Assembly (NCBI GenBank): GCA_012295275.1
Contig: CM022665.1
Coordinates: 36,766,001-36,830,000, forward strand
Direction of reading: 5' to 3'
Length of the DNA: 64,000 nucleotides
Source: Chrysomallon squamiferum
Taxonomy: Eukaryota > Animalia > Mollusca
Part shown: positions 14,844 to 28,994 of the stretch, in pieces
Numbering within the stretch: position 1 is the stretch's first letter
Layout of the letters: the number at the start of each line of letters is the position of its first letter
Made by a program: the position numbers and the translations under genes
Notes under the pieces: model-generated
Database searches by the model: none
What the model was told of the DNA's origin: nothing
The model's input: only the letters and a program-made list of their open reading frames with translations

Positions 14844-15389
14844 GTACACACCTAGTTCAGTTTGGTTTGTTCATTTCATTACATGATTACATGTCATATA
14901 ATGGAAATTAAAAGAAATGTCAAAGTTTTCATTATTATTTAAGCATGTCCTTTACCAAGTTCAGGAACAATGACTCAGACGTTCAGAAACTGTTACAAGC
15001 AATCACTTGGGACACAGAACGTTTTCTTTAATGCTCATAGTTTATGAAATTTAATAAATGTATTTGACGCTATAGTCATTCTTTATTTCTTTTTTTAATT
15101 TAGTTTTTTTTTTTTTTTTTTTTTAATTTTTTTTCCCATTATATATATATATCCCATTTGCACTTTAAGATGGTTTCAGCATTCGAAGATTTTTGCGAAT
15201 TACAGCATTTCAAGTAGTGTACGTATGTATGTATTTATTTGTTTGTTTTGTTTTATTTTATTTTATTTTATTTTATTTTATTTTTTTTTTTATCTATCTG
15301 TACGTATTTATTTACTGTGTTTGTTTATCCATTTATTTGTTGTTTTGCTTTCTTATATTATTACATATCTATTTCCGGTCATGCTATTT

Positions 15390-15439
15390 TAGTGGTAGTA
15401 GTAGTAATAGTAACAGTAGTAACAGTAGTAGTAGTAGAT

Positions 15440-15470
<31 letters not shown>

Positions 15471-15738
15471 ATGTTGTAATAGTAGTAGTGGTGGTAGTAG
15501 AAGCAGCAGGTGAAAAATTACAAATAATAACAGTAGTAACAGTAATACTGGCAGTTACGACAGTCGTAGTAATCTTGTTGTTTTGTAATGTATAGTTGTC
15601 TTTTTTTGCTTAAATATATATATATCTTTACTGATTCTTTTATAATAATTAGATTTATTGTCGTCATATTTATTATCATCATCATCATCATCATTATTAT
15701 TATCATCATCATTATCATTATCATTGTTATTATTATTA

Positions 15739-15816
<78 letters not shown>

Positions 15817-16600
15817 GTGTTGTTTTTATTAGTGTTGTTATTATTCAGTTTTGTAGGGGGGGCAGCGTATATTTAATTTTATTTTTAATGAAAATTTGTC
15901 GAAATACGAGCTGATAAAATTAATCACACGCTAAGAATTAAACTTCTTTTCATATTAGTCATGACAAATTATAATTTGCTACGAAGAATAAAACGTTTCA
16001 TAAATAGAGTTTCACTTGAACCTACTTTAAAATGGTGGAAATATAAAATTAATATTTTCTATTTGGATTTAAAATGTTTGCTGTTGTTGTTGTTGTTGCT
16101 GCTGCTGCTGTTGCCCTTGGTTTTATAGTAGTAACGGTAGTAATAATGGTGGTGGAACTTACTGTAGTAGCAGTAATAGTAATAGTGGTAGTGGTAGTGG
16201 TATAAGCATATCAGAAATAATGGTGGTAGTAGTAATGGTAGCTGTTGTAGTAACCTTTACTGTAGCGACATATTAGTAGTAACAGTCATAGTAGTAGTAG
16301 TAGCAGCAGTAGTAGCAGCAGAGGTAATAGTTATAGCAGTAGTAGTAGTAATAATCGTAGCAGTAGTAGTAGTAATACTAGTAGTAGTAGTGGTAATAGT
16401 AGTTGAAGTAGTAGTTAAAAGGGTAGAAGTAATATTTTAGTTGAAGTAGTAGTAGTATAGTGGAGATGGTAGTACTAATACTGTACAAACTGACAACGTT
16501 TTAAAAGTAATAGTCATTGTAATTGCAGAAATAATAATAATAGTAGTAGTTGTTGTTGTGGTGGTGGTAGTGGTAGTAAGCAGTAGTAGGAACAGAAGCA
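15390..16600. repeat. Imperfect (TAG)n/(TTA)n/(TCA)n low-complexity field
   Basis: (GTA)n tracts at about 15390-15510 and 16125-16590, and (TCA)/(TTA) at about 15670-15814. Confidence 0.93.
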
Positions 16601-16737
16601 GCTTTCTGATTATTCAAAACACTTTTTGAACGATATAATTAATTTTAATTAATCAATTTATATTTCTAAATTATCACGTAATCTTATCTCTTTTATTTTA
16701 TAATTGAATCTTAATACTTTTGGTCTAAATATTTTAC

Positions 16738-16789
<52 letters not shown>

Positions 16790-17688
16790 CTCTTAGCGAG
16801 AATTAAAAATTTTAACGAAATTTTAAAACGCGTCGATGATTTTATTTTTATTATTATTATTGTTGTTGTTTTATGTGTGTGTGTTTTAGTGTGCATGTGT
16901 TAGTGTTAATTCTCTGCATATTATTTAATATTAACTCGGACGTTTTGATCCTTTTTATTCTACTTTTCTTTGATATATATCAATAAATTAGCTGGCAGTT
17001 ATCTCCGTTTTAAGTATAATTTATAGCTTTATTACTATAAATTCAGATATTTTAAAAGATGAAAAGTAAAATTTAAAACTGCATGTGAATATATTGCTTT
17101 TTTCAGTTGTTTTAAATTTTAAATTCCTTCATTAGTATTACATTAAATGAATTTTACCATCTAAAGTTAATATTTTTATATTATCTTACTATAGAAATAT
17201 TTTTCTTTAATTTATTATATCTTCTTTAACATTAATTTTACATACACAATACCGATAATTTTTAAAATTATTTTTGTTTTTTTACTAACATTTTTGACAG
17301 TTACATTTAATATTATATGTTTGACATTTAATGTATTTTTAATATTAACCTTTTAACATTTAATGCATTTTTTAATAGTAACGTTTTAATAGTTAATGCC
17401 TTTCTGTTTTAATATTAAAATTTATCATTTTTAATTCATGTTTATTTTCATATTAATGTTACTGACATTTTAACTATAAAGATGTTTTTCCTTGATTATC
17501 AAAATTTTGTGACTGATAATAAATTTTAATTTATTTTAAAATTTATTTAATTTATTTAATTTTATTTTATTTTATTTTATTTTATTTATTTTTATTTTTA
17601 TTTTTATATATTTGTTTTTTTTACAAATTAGTATTTTTGGTTTGATGAGGCATTTCACTTACTTATTTTCAAATTTATTATTATAAAT

Positions 17689-17720
<32 letters not shown>

Positions 17721-18386
17721 TTTTATTATTTTATTTTATTTTATTATTTTTTATTTTATTTATTTAATCATTTATTTATCTATCTATCTCTCTATCCAGT
17801 CATTCATTTAATTTAATATAATTATTTTTATTTTTAAATAAAAATTGTTATTGTTATTATTATTATTATTTATATTTTTACTTTTAAGTTTCATTTTTGT
17901 TTTTTATTTGATGTTTGCTGTTTTTTGTCTTGCTATTTTTAGGTTCCCTTGTATTTTTATTTTTATTTATTTATTTTTTTTTTGTGTGTCCTCCTATGTT
18001 GCTGTTTTTGGTTTATTTTTATTTTTCGCATTTTGAATGCTTGTGTGTGTTTGTGTGTGCGTGTGTGTGTGTTTGTGCGTGTGTGGATATGTTCATACCT
18101 ACATCAGTATACTAAATTATCGCTACCTTTCAAAGTGTGCTAATGTTGTTGTTTTTGTTTTTTTTTTTTTTGTTTTTTTTGAGTGCCACGAAAGGCGTAC
18201 CTTCTGCTCCAAAACCAGTATAATGAAGTGCACTAATTCATTCTTTAAACAATATGTGAATATGCTAAAACGTATCTTCTTAAGTTTTGTTTATGTTGAC
18301 AATGCCGCTATATATTTCCAAACAAAAACAATAACAACGGTTAATTTGAGATCGTTTTTCCTCTTTTCATTATAAAACAGAGAGAG

Positions 18387-18421
<35 letters not shown>

Positions 18422-19283
18422 GCTTGAACGTGTCGGAGACAGCAAAAATTAAAAAAAAAATAAAAACAATAATAAGGCTAATCACGGTAAAGGTGAGTAC
18501 ATCTAGCCGAATCGATCCCATGCACTGTCGAATTTAAACTGGGTTTTTGGTGGTTTTTTTTTTTTTTTTTGCATAATTAGCATAAATTTACACCTAGCTG
18601 TAACCAGGACACTACGATAAATGAATATATTATACGATGATAGGCCATCATGCCACATGATATTGACCCAAACCGTCAGAAAAATAAAATAGATTGGATT
18701 TTTATGCAAATTATGATTAATATAGATCTAAAAAAAATATTTTTTTTATGGTGGTGTTAGGATCGTTGAGTGCACAAAAACAGGCAGATAATTTGATCCG
18801 CTTGTTTAATGGAACAATTATTTTTGCACGCAGAATTGTATTAACGGTGTATTTTAAACATAGGGCGCATTTAATGTTCAGTTTCGAGTTATATATATTT
18901 TCCAAATGCGAACATGTTCGTGTACGTTAGTACATAAGTACAGACAGACAGACTCACACGCACATGTATGTATCCCTCCTTCTTCCAGCCATCAATGCAT
19001 GCGTGCGCGCAAACATACACGTAATTTTATACATACATACATACATACATACATACATACATACAAGCACTGGATATTTAATAAACTTCAGAGAATATAA
19101 TACAATACTTAAAATTTTAATTGTGTATGGATTTTCGCGGAGAATGTTATTACTTGGGTTTTTCTTTTTCTTTTTAAGGTGAGCGATTGAAATTCATCTT
19201 AAAAATGACCATTACCTCACTTTTATATCAGTTTAGTCCAAACATACATCCATCAGTTTAAAACTGCCAAACTTTAAAAACAG

Positions 19284-19300
19284 TAGCGCCACCTAGGGTG
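19284..19300 (-). promoter_or_regulatory. CTCF-like motif
   Basis: The minus strand reads CACCCTAGGTGGCGCTA against the core CCACYAGRKGGCGCTA. The 3' part is perfect, with 2 mismatches at the 5' end. Confidence 0.4.
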
Positions 19301-20725
19301 ATGCAAGGAAACCAGGCTAAAGTTCAAAGTTCACTTGTCTTAAAATCTGAACTGTTTCTTTGCTACTGTAAATATAAAGTTAGAATAATCTTTGAATTTA
19401 TCAATGAAGATGGTTTGTTATTAATTTTGAATAAAGTGAAATTTTTTAAATTGAATTTAAAATTAATATGCAGAAATATTCAGTGATCCAAGTTGGTATT
19501 TTGCCCCCCAAAAAATGGTGACAGACTCAGTTCTATTTCTCTCTTTAGATTAGCTTGTAAGTGGATGTATGTTTGAAATAAACAAATATAAAAGCGTAGT
19601 AATGGTCATTTTAAGGTCCATTGTCGGCCATTGTCCATTCGATTTTTTAATGCATCTTTTACGGGGATACCTAATTCATTTTTCTTTCCGTTGTTACTTT
19701 AATCTTTTTATGCATGTTTTCCTATTGTTGTTGTTTTCTTTGTATCTTTCTTTCGTTCTCAATTTTATTTGTTTGTTGTTGTTATCGTTTTTTTTGTTTT
19801 TTCATTACTGATGACGTTTTTAATGCTTTGTGGGGTTTTGGGGCGGACTGTTTATTGTTTTTGTTTTTATTTTTGCTTTTTATAGTGTTTTTCAACTATA
19901 TTTTTATTAGTCACTGAGAATTTATTTATTTATTTTTATCTGTTTATCTTTACTTTTATTTTTATTTATTATTTTTTGTATTTTATATTTTTTATTTTCT
20001 TTTTATTTATATTTATATTTTTTATTTTATTATTATTTTTTATTATGAATTGTTTTTTATGATTATTAATGTGTACTTTTTCACTTTTTCCGCACCACTG
20101 TTATTGCTGCTTTCAAAAATTATTAAAACTAATAATTTAGAATTTTATGTCACAAACGAAAAAAATTTCTTTCACTTTTTCTCTAGCTTTAGATAAATTA
20201 CACGTTTAAAAATAAAACAGTATAATAATATTTGTACTTAGTTGTTCATTAACATATGCACATCTAATACCCAAAATAAATTAAACTTGAAAACAGTTAA
20301 CTTCAAAGTTATTTAATAATGTTGAAAATCTATAAATTAATGATGATGTAAAGAAAAACGGATGTTTATATGTTTTGAAAAAAATAATAAAATAAAATTT
20401 TAAAAATCTAGTTTGTCACTTTGCTTCACATTAAAAGAACGGCGAGTATAGAAAAATATTCACATTGTCAAATGCTAATGGATTAATCATGTTTGCTGAA
20501 ACATTATGACCAGGTGAAAAAATATAATAAAATGTTATAACTACATTTATTAATCAACTCTGTTTATATACGCATAAAAAAGTTAAAAATTAAAATTACA
20601 ACCAAAAAAATAACAATAAATACAAAATACATTTTATAATTCTGGTGTAGAGAGCATACGAATAGTAAATTTCAAACTTTTGAGTGTGTTTGGGTGCCGT
20701 TTCTTTTTAATAATGTTTTACCATC

Positions 20726-20728
<3 letters not shown>

Positions 20729-20816
<88 letters not shown>
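20729..20816. repeat. (CT)n microsatellite
   Basis: Perfect run. Confidence 0.99.
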
Positions 20817-20821
<5 letters not shown>

Positions 20822-21149
20822 TTCTGTATCTGTCTCTTGATCTTTCTATGTAATTATTTGTCTCTCTTTCTTTCCATCACTTTTGTTTTTTCCACTCGCT
20901 CTGAAACTTTCTTTTTCTGTCTTTCTCTTCACCTCACTCTCAGACCTTACTCGCTTTCACTGTATTTTTCTCTCTCTGTATCACACACGCACACGCACAC
21001 ACACACTCACATACGCACGATTCGTATATATGAATATGATCCTGTCGACACACGTCAAAGCTGAGTGGACGTTATTTTATTTTTATTTTCATTATTATCC
21101 TCATCGACATCAGATCATTATCACCACTTTGGTGAAATCAGTTGTTGTT

Positions 21150-21288
21150 GTAATAATAGTAGTAATAGTAATTTTGATAGTAGTAGTAGTAATAGTAATA
21201 TCGACAGTAGTAGTTGCTGTATTGGTAGTAGTAGTAGTAGTGATAATAATAATATTAGTAGTAGTAGTAGTAGTAGCAGAAGAGGTAA

Positions 21289-21331
<43 letters not shown>

Positions 21332-21380
21332 TGTGGTAATAGTAGTTGTAGTTGTAGCAGCAGCACTAGCTGTAGCAGTA
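21150..21380. repeat. Imperfect (TAG)n microsatellite
   Basis: Directly visible. It is the source of the poly-Val, poly-Ser and poly-Leu ORFs. Confidence 0.95.
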
Positions 21381-21998
21381 TTCAGTATTCGTTAAAATAA
21401 AACAAAACTGCAGTCACATTACAAATCGCTGTGTCATATAAAAACTTTCTCTGCCAGAATCGTGGCGTATCCCACTGCACGTTGCTGTATTTGAAGGTCA
21501 TCTGTGTGTAACGTGTAGATGAGTAATAGCACTGGCCATCAGACATGACTAAACTGACGTAATTCTAATTACATTTTATTTATTATTTATATATGATACT
21601 GTAATTTGATTATTATCGTATACTGTATCCTAATGAGGACTTTAATCGATACAGGTTTGAGCAAATGGTTGGTTGGTTGGTTGGATGGATGAATGTATGT
21701 GCGTATGGATGGACGGATGTGTGGATATTTATGTATGTATTTATGTTTGTTTGTATGTACGTATTCATGTATATATATATAATATCTGTATTTATATATG
21801 TAATTATATATGTGTGTGTATATATATGTATGTATATGTGTCTGTATGTATGCATGCATGAATGTATATATGCATGTATGTATGTATGTATGTATGTATG
21901 TACGCAGTTGTTTTCTATAACGGCTGAAGAATATTGTTTACTATCACAACAATCATCATTTTTACTATTACTGCTGCAGCTATCATTATTATTATTAC

Positions 21999-22065
<67 letters not shown>

Positions 22066-24761
22066 CAAAAGCCATTATTTAAACTGACATTTTCATCTAC
22101 ATAATAAAATATATTTACCTTTGTAAATGAAATATTGCAGCCAAAACCTCATCAAAATCAACATTAACATCATTATTTTTTATTTTTTCGAAATTAATGA
22201 TTTTTTTTTTTTATTAAATATATTCTTTTATTACTTTTTTCAAAACATTTAAAATTTATTTCGAATTTAGTTACTTTCATCTTACTTTATATGAATGTTT
22301 TCACTTTTTTATTTTGTTTTTAAAAAATTGTTGTTTTTTTTTGTTCTGTTCTCACATAAAAAGTTCTTTTCCTAATCATATTTTAAATATAACATAATAA
22401 ATTCAAATGCATTAATTTATTTATTTATGCATATGACATCATGCTAGTAAACACACACACATAAACACACACACACACACACACACACACATACTACACA
22501 CACTCTAAAAAAAGGAACAAAATTTAAATAATGATTTGTGCACGACTAATATTACAAATGCAGAGACGCAACACGTGTTGAGTTCATAAAAACTCGAGAC
22601 ATCGCATAAACTTGACGACAAGATGGATATATGCAAATGTTGTGAAATGTACACTGTCGAGGCGTTTAGTCCAGCTTATAACAATTAATTATCGTTAATA
22701 TGTTTTCATTCTGTATTAGTTTTCAGTTTTTCTAAGGCACGTACACGATACACGTCGAGTGGGGGGAGACTGCAAAAAAAAAAAAAGAAGAAGAAGAAAA
22801 AAAAAGGAGAAGAAAAAAAAGGAGAAGAATATGTATGTGTGACTGTTGTGTCTATATGTGTCTCTGTCTGTGTGTGTGCGTGTGTGTGTGTGTGTGTTTT
22901 CTATATCTATATATATAGATGTATGTATGTATGTGTGTGACTATTTGTATATATGTATGTATTTATGTATGTATGCATGTTCATGTATGGAAGTATGTAT
23001 GTACGTATGTATGTATGTGCAAGTATATGTGTGTGTATGTGTGTATGTATGTATGTATGTATGTATGGATGGATGGATGGATGGATGTACTGTGCTGCAT
23101 ATACAGTGATTTTTATCGAATAAAATCTTTTGAAGTGTGTAGAGGTTTGGAGATTCTGATGTTTTCATATGACAGTCTATCAGTTTGTCTCACTCTTATT
23201 TCTCAGTTACTGGTTTTACTTATTCCTGTTATTTTGTCTTCTTACTTTTTTGCCGAGGTTATTCTGTATTCGTTTTTACAAGGGATTTTCAATTTTCAAT
23301 TTTCTTTTTTGTTGTTGTTTTTTTTTTTTTTTTTATCTGTCGGTTATTGTTTTGAAATTTAATATTTTAATTTATTATTTTTTGGTAAATTTGTATTTTA
23401 TCTTGTTTCTTGTTTGTACTGGATTTTTCTTTCAGTTTTTATTATTTCTGCTGTTATTTGGTCGTTTACCTTTTCTTCTTTCTTTCTTGTTTTTTTTTTT
23501 TTTTTTTTTTTTTTGTTTATATTTTATTATAAATTTTATTATTAAAATACTTTGCTGTCGTTGTTAAGTGTTTGTCAAATTTCTAGTTGTTGTTTTTGTT
23601 GGGTTTTTTGGGGGGTTGTGGGTTATTTTATGTCTTTTGTTTTGTTGGGTTGTTGTTTTGTTGTTGTTTTTTTTGTGCATGGTTCTGTGTTTGTGTGTTT
23701 TTGTGTGTGTGTGCAGGGGGTGTTTTGGGTGGGGTTTTTTCAACATTTTTATATCGCACGTTACAAATCCATCCTACTCGTACATGCCATTTTCATCTTG
23801 CTCACACCTTCCAAATCAACTCTCTGCTCGCACAAACAAACCTGCTCCTTTACTCGACATCCTTGCTGCACTCTGCTCCCACCCTCCAGATCCATCCTGC
23901 CACAAATACCTTTTGTGTCCTGCCTCTTACTTTATTGGTTTCGGATACAATCCGAAACCCCCCTACCGACGAGATCGAATATCACCTCGGATGTAAAGAG
24001 TGTACAAATACGCTTAACCAGAAACAAGGGTTTTGGGGTCTTACGTTCACGAACACAAAAAACCAAGAGCGTAACAAATTTCCGAAAATCTCACAAACAT
24101 GTCAAGATGGCAGGGTTTATAGGTGTGCGGAGTATCCCGCATATTAACTTTACCAATCAGACGCCCATGCTAGCGCGAGACCGGATACCCGTACTTGGCA
24201 TGCGTAGATCAACAGTCCAACATTTTAATCTAGTTTCAGATAAAAGCGCCATAATGCTTTATGTATTTAAACCAGGTACTGCTGTGGCCTTCGTGAAAAT
24301 GCCGTCAAGCGAAACAAGGTTTCCATTCTGCGTGTTTTACTTTCTTATTTTTATTTTTAATTTTATTTTATTTTATTTATTTATTTTTCATTTTGGTTAG
24401 GTGGATAATATGGCGCCATACAGGCAGTCGCCAGTTCAATGCAGCCCGAAGGCAACATCAATTTAAAAATTTTAAATTTCATTACATGAAAAGAAAGAAA
24501 GGTTAATTTAAACTTACACGTTTCTTAAAATATTCCACTTAGATGCTTTTTGCCGCAAGAGGTTTTCAGCTGCGGTATACATTTTTTTGTTTTTGTGTGT
24601 TTTTTTATAAATATAATTTCTGTTATGATCTGTGCTGTTTATTTGTGATAAGGACTGGGATTGCGTGTTTCTTTGTTTTCTTTCTGTTGTATTTTGTCAC
24701 TAGTTTTGTGTAGTAAGTAGGTTAGCTGTTTTTTTTTTGTTTTTTAGGGGTTCTTTGGTGG

Positions 24762-24820
<59 letters not shown>

Positions 24821-25049
24821 TGTGGGATTTGTTCTACATTTTTTGGAGGGAGGGTGAAGAAATAAAAAAATAAAATAATAAAATAAACTTATATTTCTTT
24901 GCTGTTCTTCTTTTCTTCTTTTTTTTTTCTTTTTGTTTTCTTTTTGTGTAAGTTTTTGTTATCACTTTTTAAAAATATTATTTTATGTTCGAAGATTATT
25001 GTTATTTTAAGATTTGCAGGGTTTTCATTATTTTTTCTACCTGTAATAT

Positions 25050-25240
25050 TACATGTTCGTGATAACTGTTAGTAATAATAGTACATTCGTGACTTCCTCC
25101 ATACGTTCGTGATTATGACTAACATTGTACATTGATGATCCCTGTAACTTTATAAGTTCGTGATTATGAGTAACAATGTTCTTTCGTGACTGCCTCTAAC
25201 TTTAAAATTCATGATTATGTTTTATAAGAATGAATTTATG
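25050..25240. repeat. Decayed tandem repeat, about 50 bp unit built from two TTCGTGA-containing subunits
   Basis: 'ttcgtgattatga(c/g)taaca(t/a)tgt' at about 25106 and 25157. TTCGTGA-like words recur every 20-30 bp. Confidence 0.75.
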
Positions 25241-26570
25241 ATTTAAAGAAAATATTATATAAAAAAAAAAATGGATGCGTGGATCTGTGTTTGTATTAAA
25301 ATGTGCATGTGTGTGCGTATTTCTTTTTGTTTATGTCCGTCTGTGAATAGGTGTGTGAGTGCATGTGTGTATATCCATGTTCTGCGTGTGTGCGTGTGCA
25401 TTTGGTCCCAGTGAATCCAGTGCGTAAACACACTACGGGAAAAGCTAAATACTATATGTCATACTTTAACATAAGAGTGACGTATTGACTTACTGTATGT
25501 CAATGTGTTAGTTCAGTTTGTGAGAGGTTTAGTCAGATCTCACTGTCAGTGATACCAGTCTCAAGGTTTAATCTCTAATGCTTTTCTGCACTAAACGTTA
25601 GAAAAGGTGTTATAAAAAATAACGCAAAACACTTCCCTTTAAAATCACTTTTAGAACAAGGTTTTAAAACAGGCGAAGAAGGTTTTTTACAAAAGAATAC
25701 TTTTTTAATCAAATAAAGAAAGAAAAAAACCGAAAGAAAAAGCAAGAAGGAAGGAAAGAAACACAGAAAAGAAGAGAAAAAGGAAGGATGTAAGAAAAAC
25801 GTTGAAAGGAAAGAAAGAAAAACAAATAAAGAAACAAGAGGAAACATTACAGTTCATCTTATCACAATACAACTTCTAAACCTTTATTTACATAAAGAGC
25901 AGCTCTGCTATTTCAAACATCTTTCCTTCAGGCCCAATCAATTAAAACTTCCTCAAACGTACAGCAGACTTTTAACCAGCAATTCTCGCTAACGTCTGTT
26001 ATGAAACTCGCCACCTTTTCCCAAACGTTTACTACGTATTATAAAACGACACAAACGAAAAACAAACAGATATCTCAGTTTTAAAACAAACCAAGAAATT
26101 TGGTACTGCTTTGGGCAAGATTTGAAGATTCCATAACATGAAAACATTTGCTATGGGATTTCTGGAAAATCTTTTTTTTTCTTATTCTTCTTCTTCTTCT
26201 TCTTCTTCTTCTGCTTCTTCTATATATATACTTTTTTTTTTATCAAAGATTTTCCATTCTAACTTCTGTAGCAATTACCACTTCTTGAGCATACAGCTGC
26301 GACTGTTCTGAGAATGACTCTAAGCAATAGGGCTGGGTGTTTTTGGGGCGCTCTCGGTGGTCCATTTAGGCGAGTTTCATATTGCCTTTCCTTTTACGTT
26401 TGATCTTTTCTCCTTTTTTTATTTTCTCTGATTTTTCTTCTTCTTCTTCCCCATCTCAAATATCGCGGCTTGTCAGCACCAGTTTTTCCAAAACTACGAA
26501 AAGAACCATATGCAAGATGTTTGGCCTGATAAGATAATTTTTCGGAAAAGGTGGCATCCATGCGATTTAG

Positions 26571-26617
<47 letters not shown>

Positions 26618-27129
26618 CTTTTCCGGTTTGTAAATTGTAATAAATTCTAACAGATGCAAAGCAGAACTTTGAACCAGATACGCAAATTACGATGAATCGC
26701 TGGACTATAATCTAGAAGAGAGTATATCAAATTTTACGACACAAAACACGCGTGCATGCAAAACGTGATTATTTTCGACTAAGTCTGATATAACTACTAC
26801 ATGAGGTGGCCGAGATAACGGGTGCGCGCTTGATAGATCTGCGTTGTTGTATTGTCGTCTAATAAATGAAAACTGAGTCTTTCATTACAATTTGCAATTG
26901 TTACCTCAAACACTGATCTAATTTGCATAGCCTGTGCATAAAATTTATGTCTGTGTAAGTGTTAAGTGAAATAACCGTTGTCTTATTTTTACTTTCATTT
27001 TGCGAGGTTTCTTTTAAAAAAAAATTCTGATTAAACGTAGTCGGTAAATGTTATTTATTTGTTCGTCCATTCACTCATTTATTCATTTATTTACCAAGTT
27101 ATTTCTTAATTAATTAATTTTTATTATTT

Positions 27130-27164
<35 letters not shown>

Positions 27165-27411
27165 TTAACAGAATAATTTATTAGTTTATTAATATATTAA
27201 TTTAACATTCAAAATTACTGTCATATTTATTTGTTTGTTTGCATGTTTATTTTTTTCCCCCACTTAAATTTATTTTATGGATATTTCATTATTTGTTTGT
27301 TTTTTTATTTATTTATCTTATATTTAGATGTTTTCACTTGGGGATCCCTGGTAGAGTTATTTTGGTGTTGGAGGTTGTTTTCTTTTGTGTTTTTGTTGTT
27401 GTTGCTGTTGT

Positions 27412-27461
<50 letters not shown>

Positions 27462-27998
27462 GAGTTATAGGAAATAAAGTTTGGGTGAATGGTATTCACT
27501 TGTTCGAGATACTTTATTGTTGTTTTTATTTTTTTTTTATGATTATTTTTTATTATCATTATTATTTTAAAAAAATTAGTAATTCCTTTTATTTTTATTT
27601 TTATTTTATTATTATTATTATTATTATTTTATTTTTTATTTTATTTTATTTTATTTTATTTTATTTTTTTTGTCATACTCACCAAAGAAAACAAAACCAG
27701 AAACAAAATCTAATTAATAAAAAATAAAAAAGCGAGTGAACGGGAAATTAACGTCACTTTGCTTAAAGATAGTTCTTTTGGCATCTTCGTAGCTGTAACC
27801 GCATCAGAACTGATATGCGTCTGAAACACTGTTATGTGAAACCAGAACCAGAAATTAAATTATAAAATCTTAAAAAGGTTATAATGAAAATGATGTCAGT
27901 GTCGATAATGATAACAAGGAAAAAATGACAAGTTAATGAAGAAAATGATAATGTGCTGCTGATGATTATGGTAATGATAAACGATGTTGATGATGATG

Positions 27999-28081
<83 letters not shown>

Positions 28082-28958
28082 ATTCAAAACAAGAAAGTAA
28101 TTATGATGAAAACTATGATTATGATAGTGATGATGATGATGATTATAATGATGGTGTTCATCATTATTATTATTGCTATTATCATTATTAGTATTATTAT
28201 TATTACTATTATTATTATTATTTATTATTATTATTATTATTGTTATTATTATTATTATTATTCAAAATAAGAGAGTAGTGATGATGAAAACTATTGTCAT
28301 GATACTGATGATGATGACGATTATAAAATAAGAAATAAGAATATGTATTTAATGACATCTAAGTTCATACACTTTAAAAGAGGCTATTAAATATCATGCG
28401 ATCAAGTTGACAGTTCTTAAAAAAGAAAATCGTAAATAAAAGAAGAAAAAAAAAAAAAAAAAAAAAAATAGGCGGGCCCCACAGGTGAAGCAGTAGCATT
28501 CTTTATATACACTGAAAGAAATAAGTCATTTGGTTAAATATCAAATAAATATTTAGTATGCAGCTGGTTTTACGTTTGTTCTGGCCATAAGTAACACATG
28601 TTCACAAGTTACTGTCAAAGAAAAACCAATATTTAATGAAGGAAAATAAAACCTTTTGATGTGCGGGATACGAATATCAAAGCGTTGTTAGATGCAAAGA
28701 TTATGAAATGAGAATAGTGAACGCTTCCTAAGACACAACGAAGTCGGCGGCCATCTTTCGGGGTCTGTTGTCCACGAGCGTGACTTTCGCCAATAAAATG
28801 TGCCTAAAATCAAATTACATTCGTGTCGCTGGAGTGATGAAACCCGCGATTTGAACCGCCCATTGCAAGTCTTTCTATAGCCTGACCCGCCCAAACAACT
28901 ACCAGTGTAGTCTTCACTTAGTCTGGTTTACAGCGAGCTAGACTTAGTCATGCCAAAG

Positions 28959-28994
<36 letters not shown>

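Noticed and set aside
23552-24400. Longest ORF (282 aa)
   Set aside because: It starts and ends in T/G-rich low-complexity sequence, has a non-ATG start, and shows no recognisable domain or splice-bounded exon structure.
25401-25424. TTTGGTCCC (miR-133 5' end); likewise TAAGGCACG near 22733 (miR-124)
   Set aside because: Only 9-nt matches, with no mature-length identity or hairpin.
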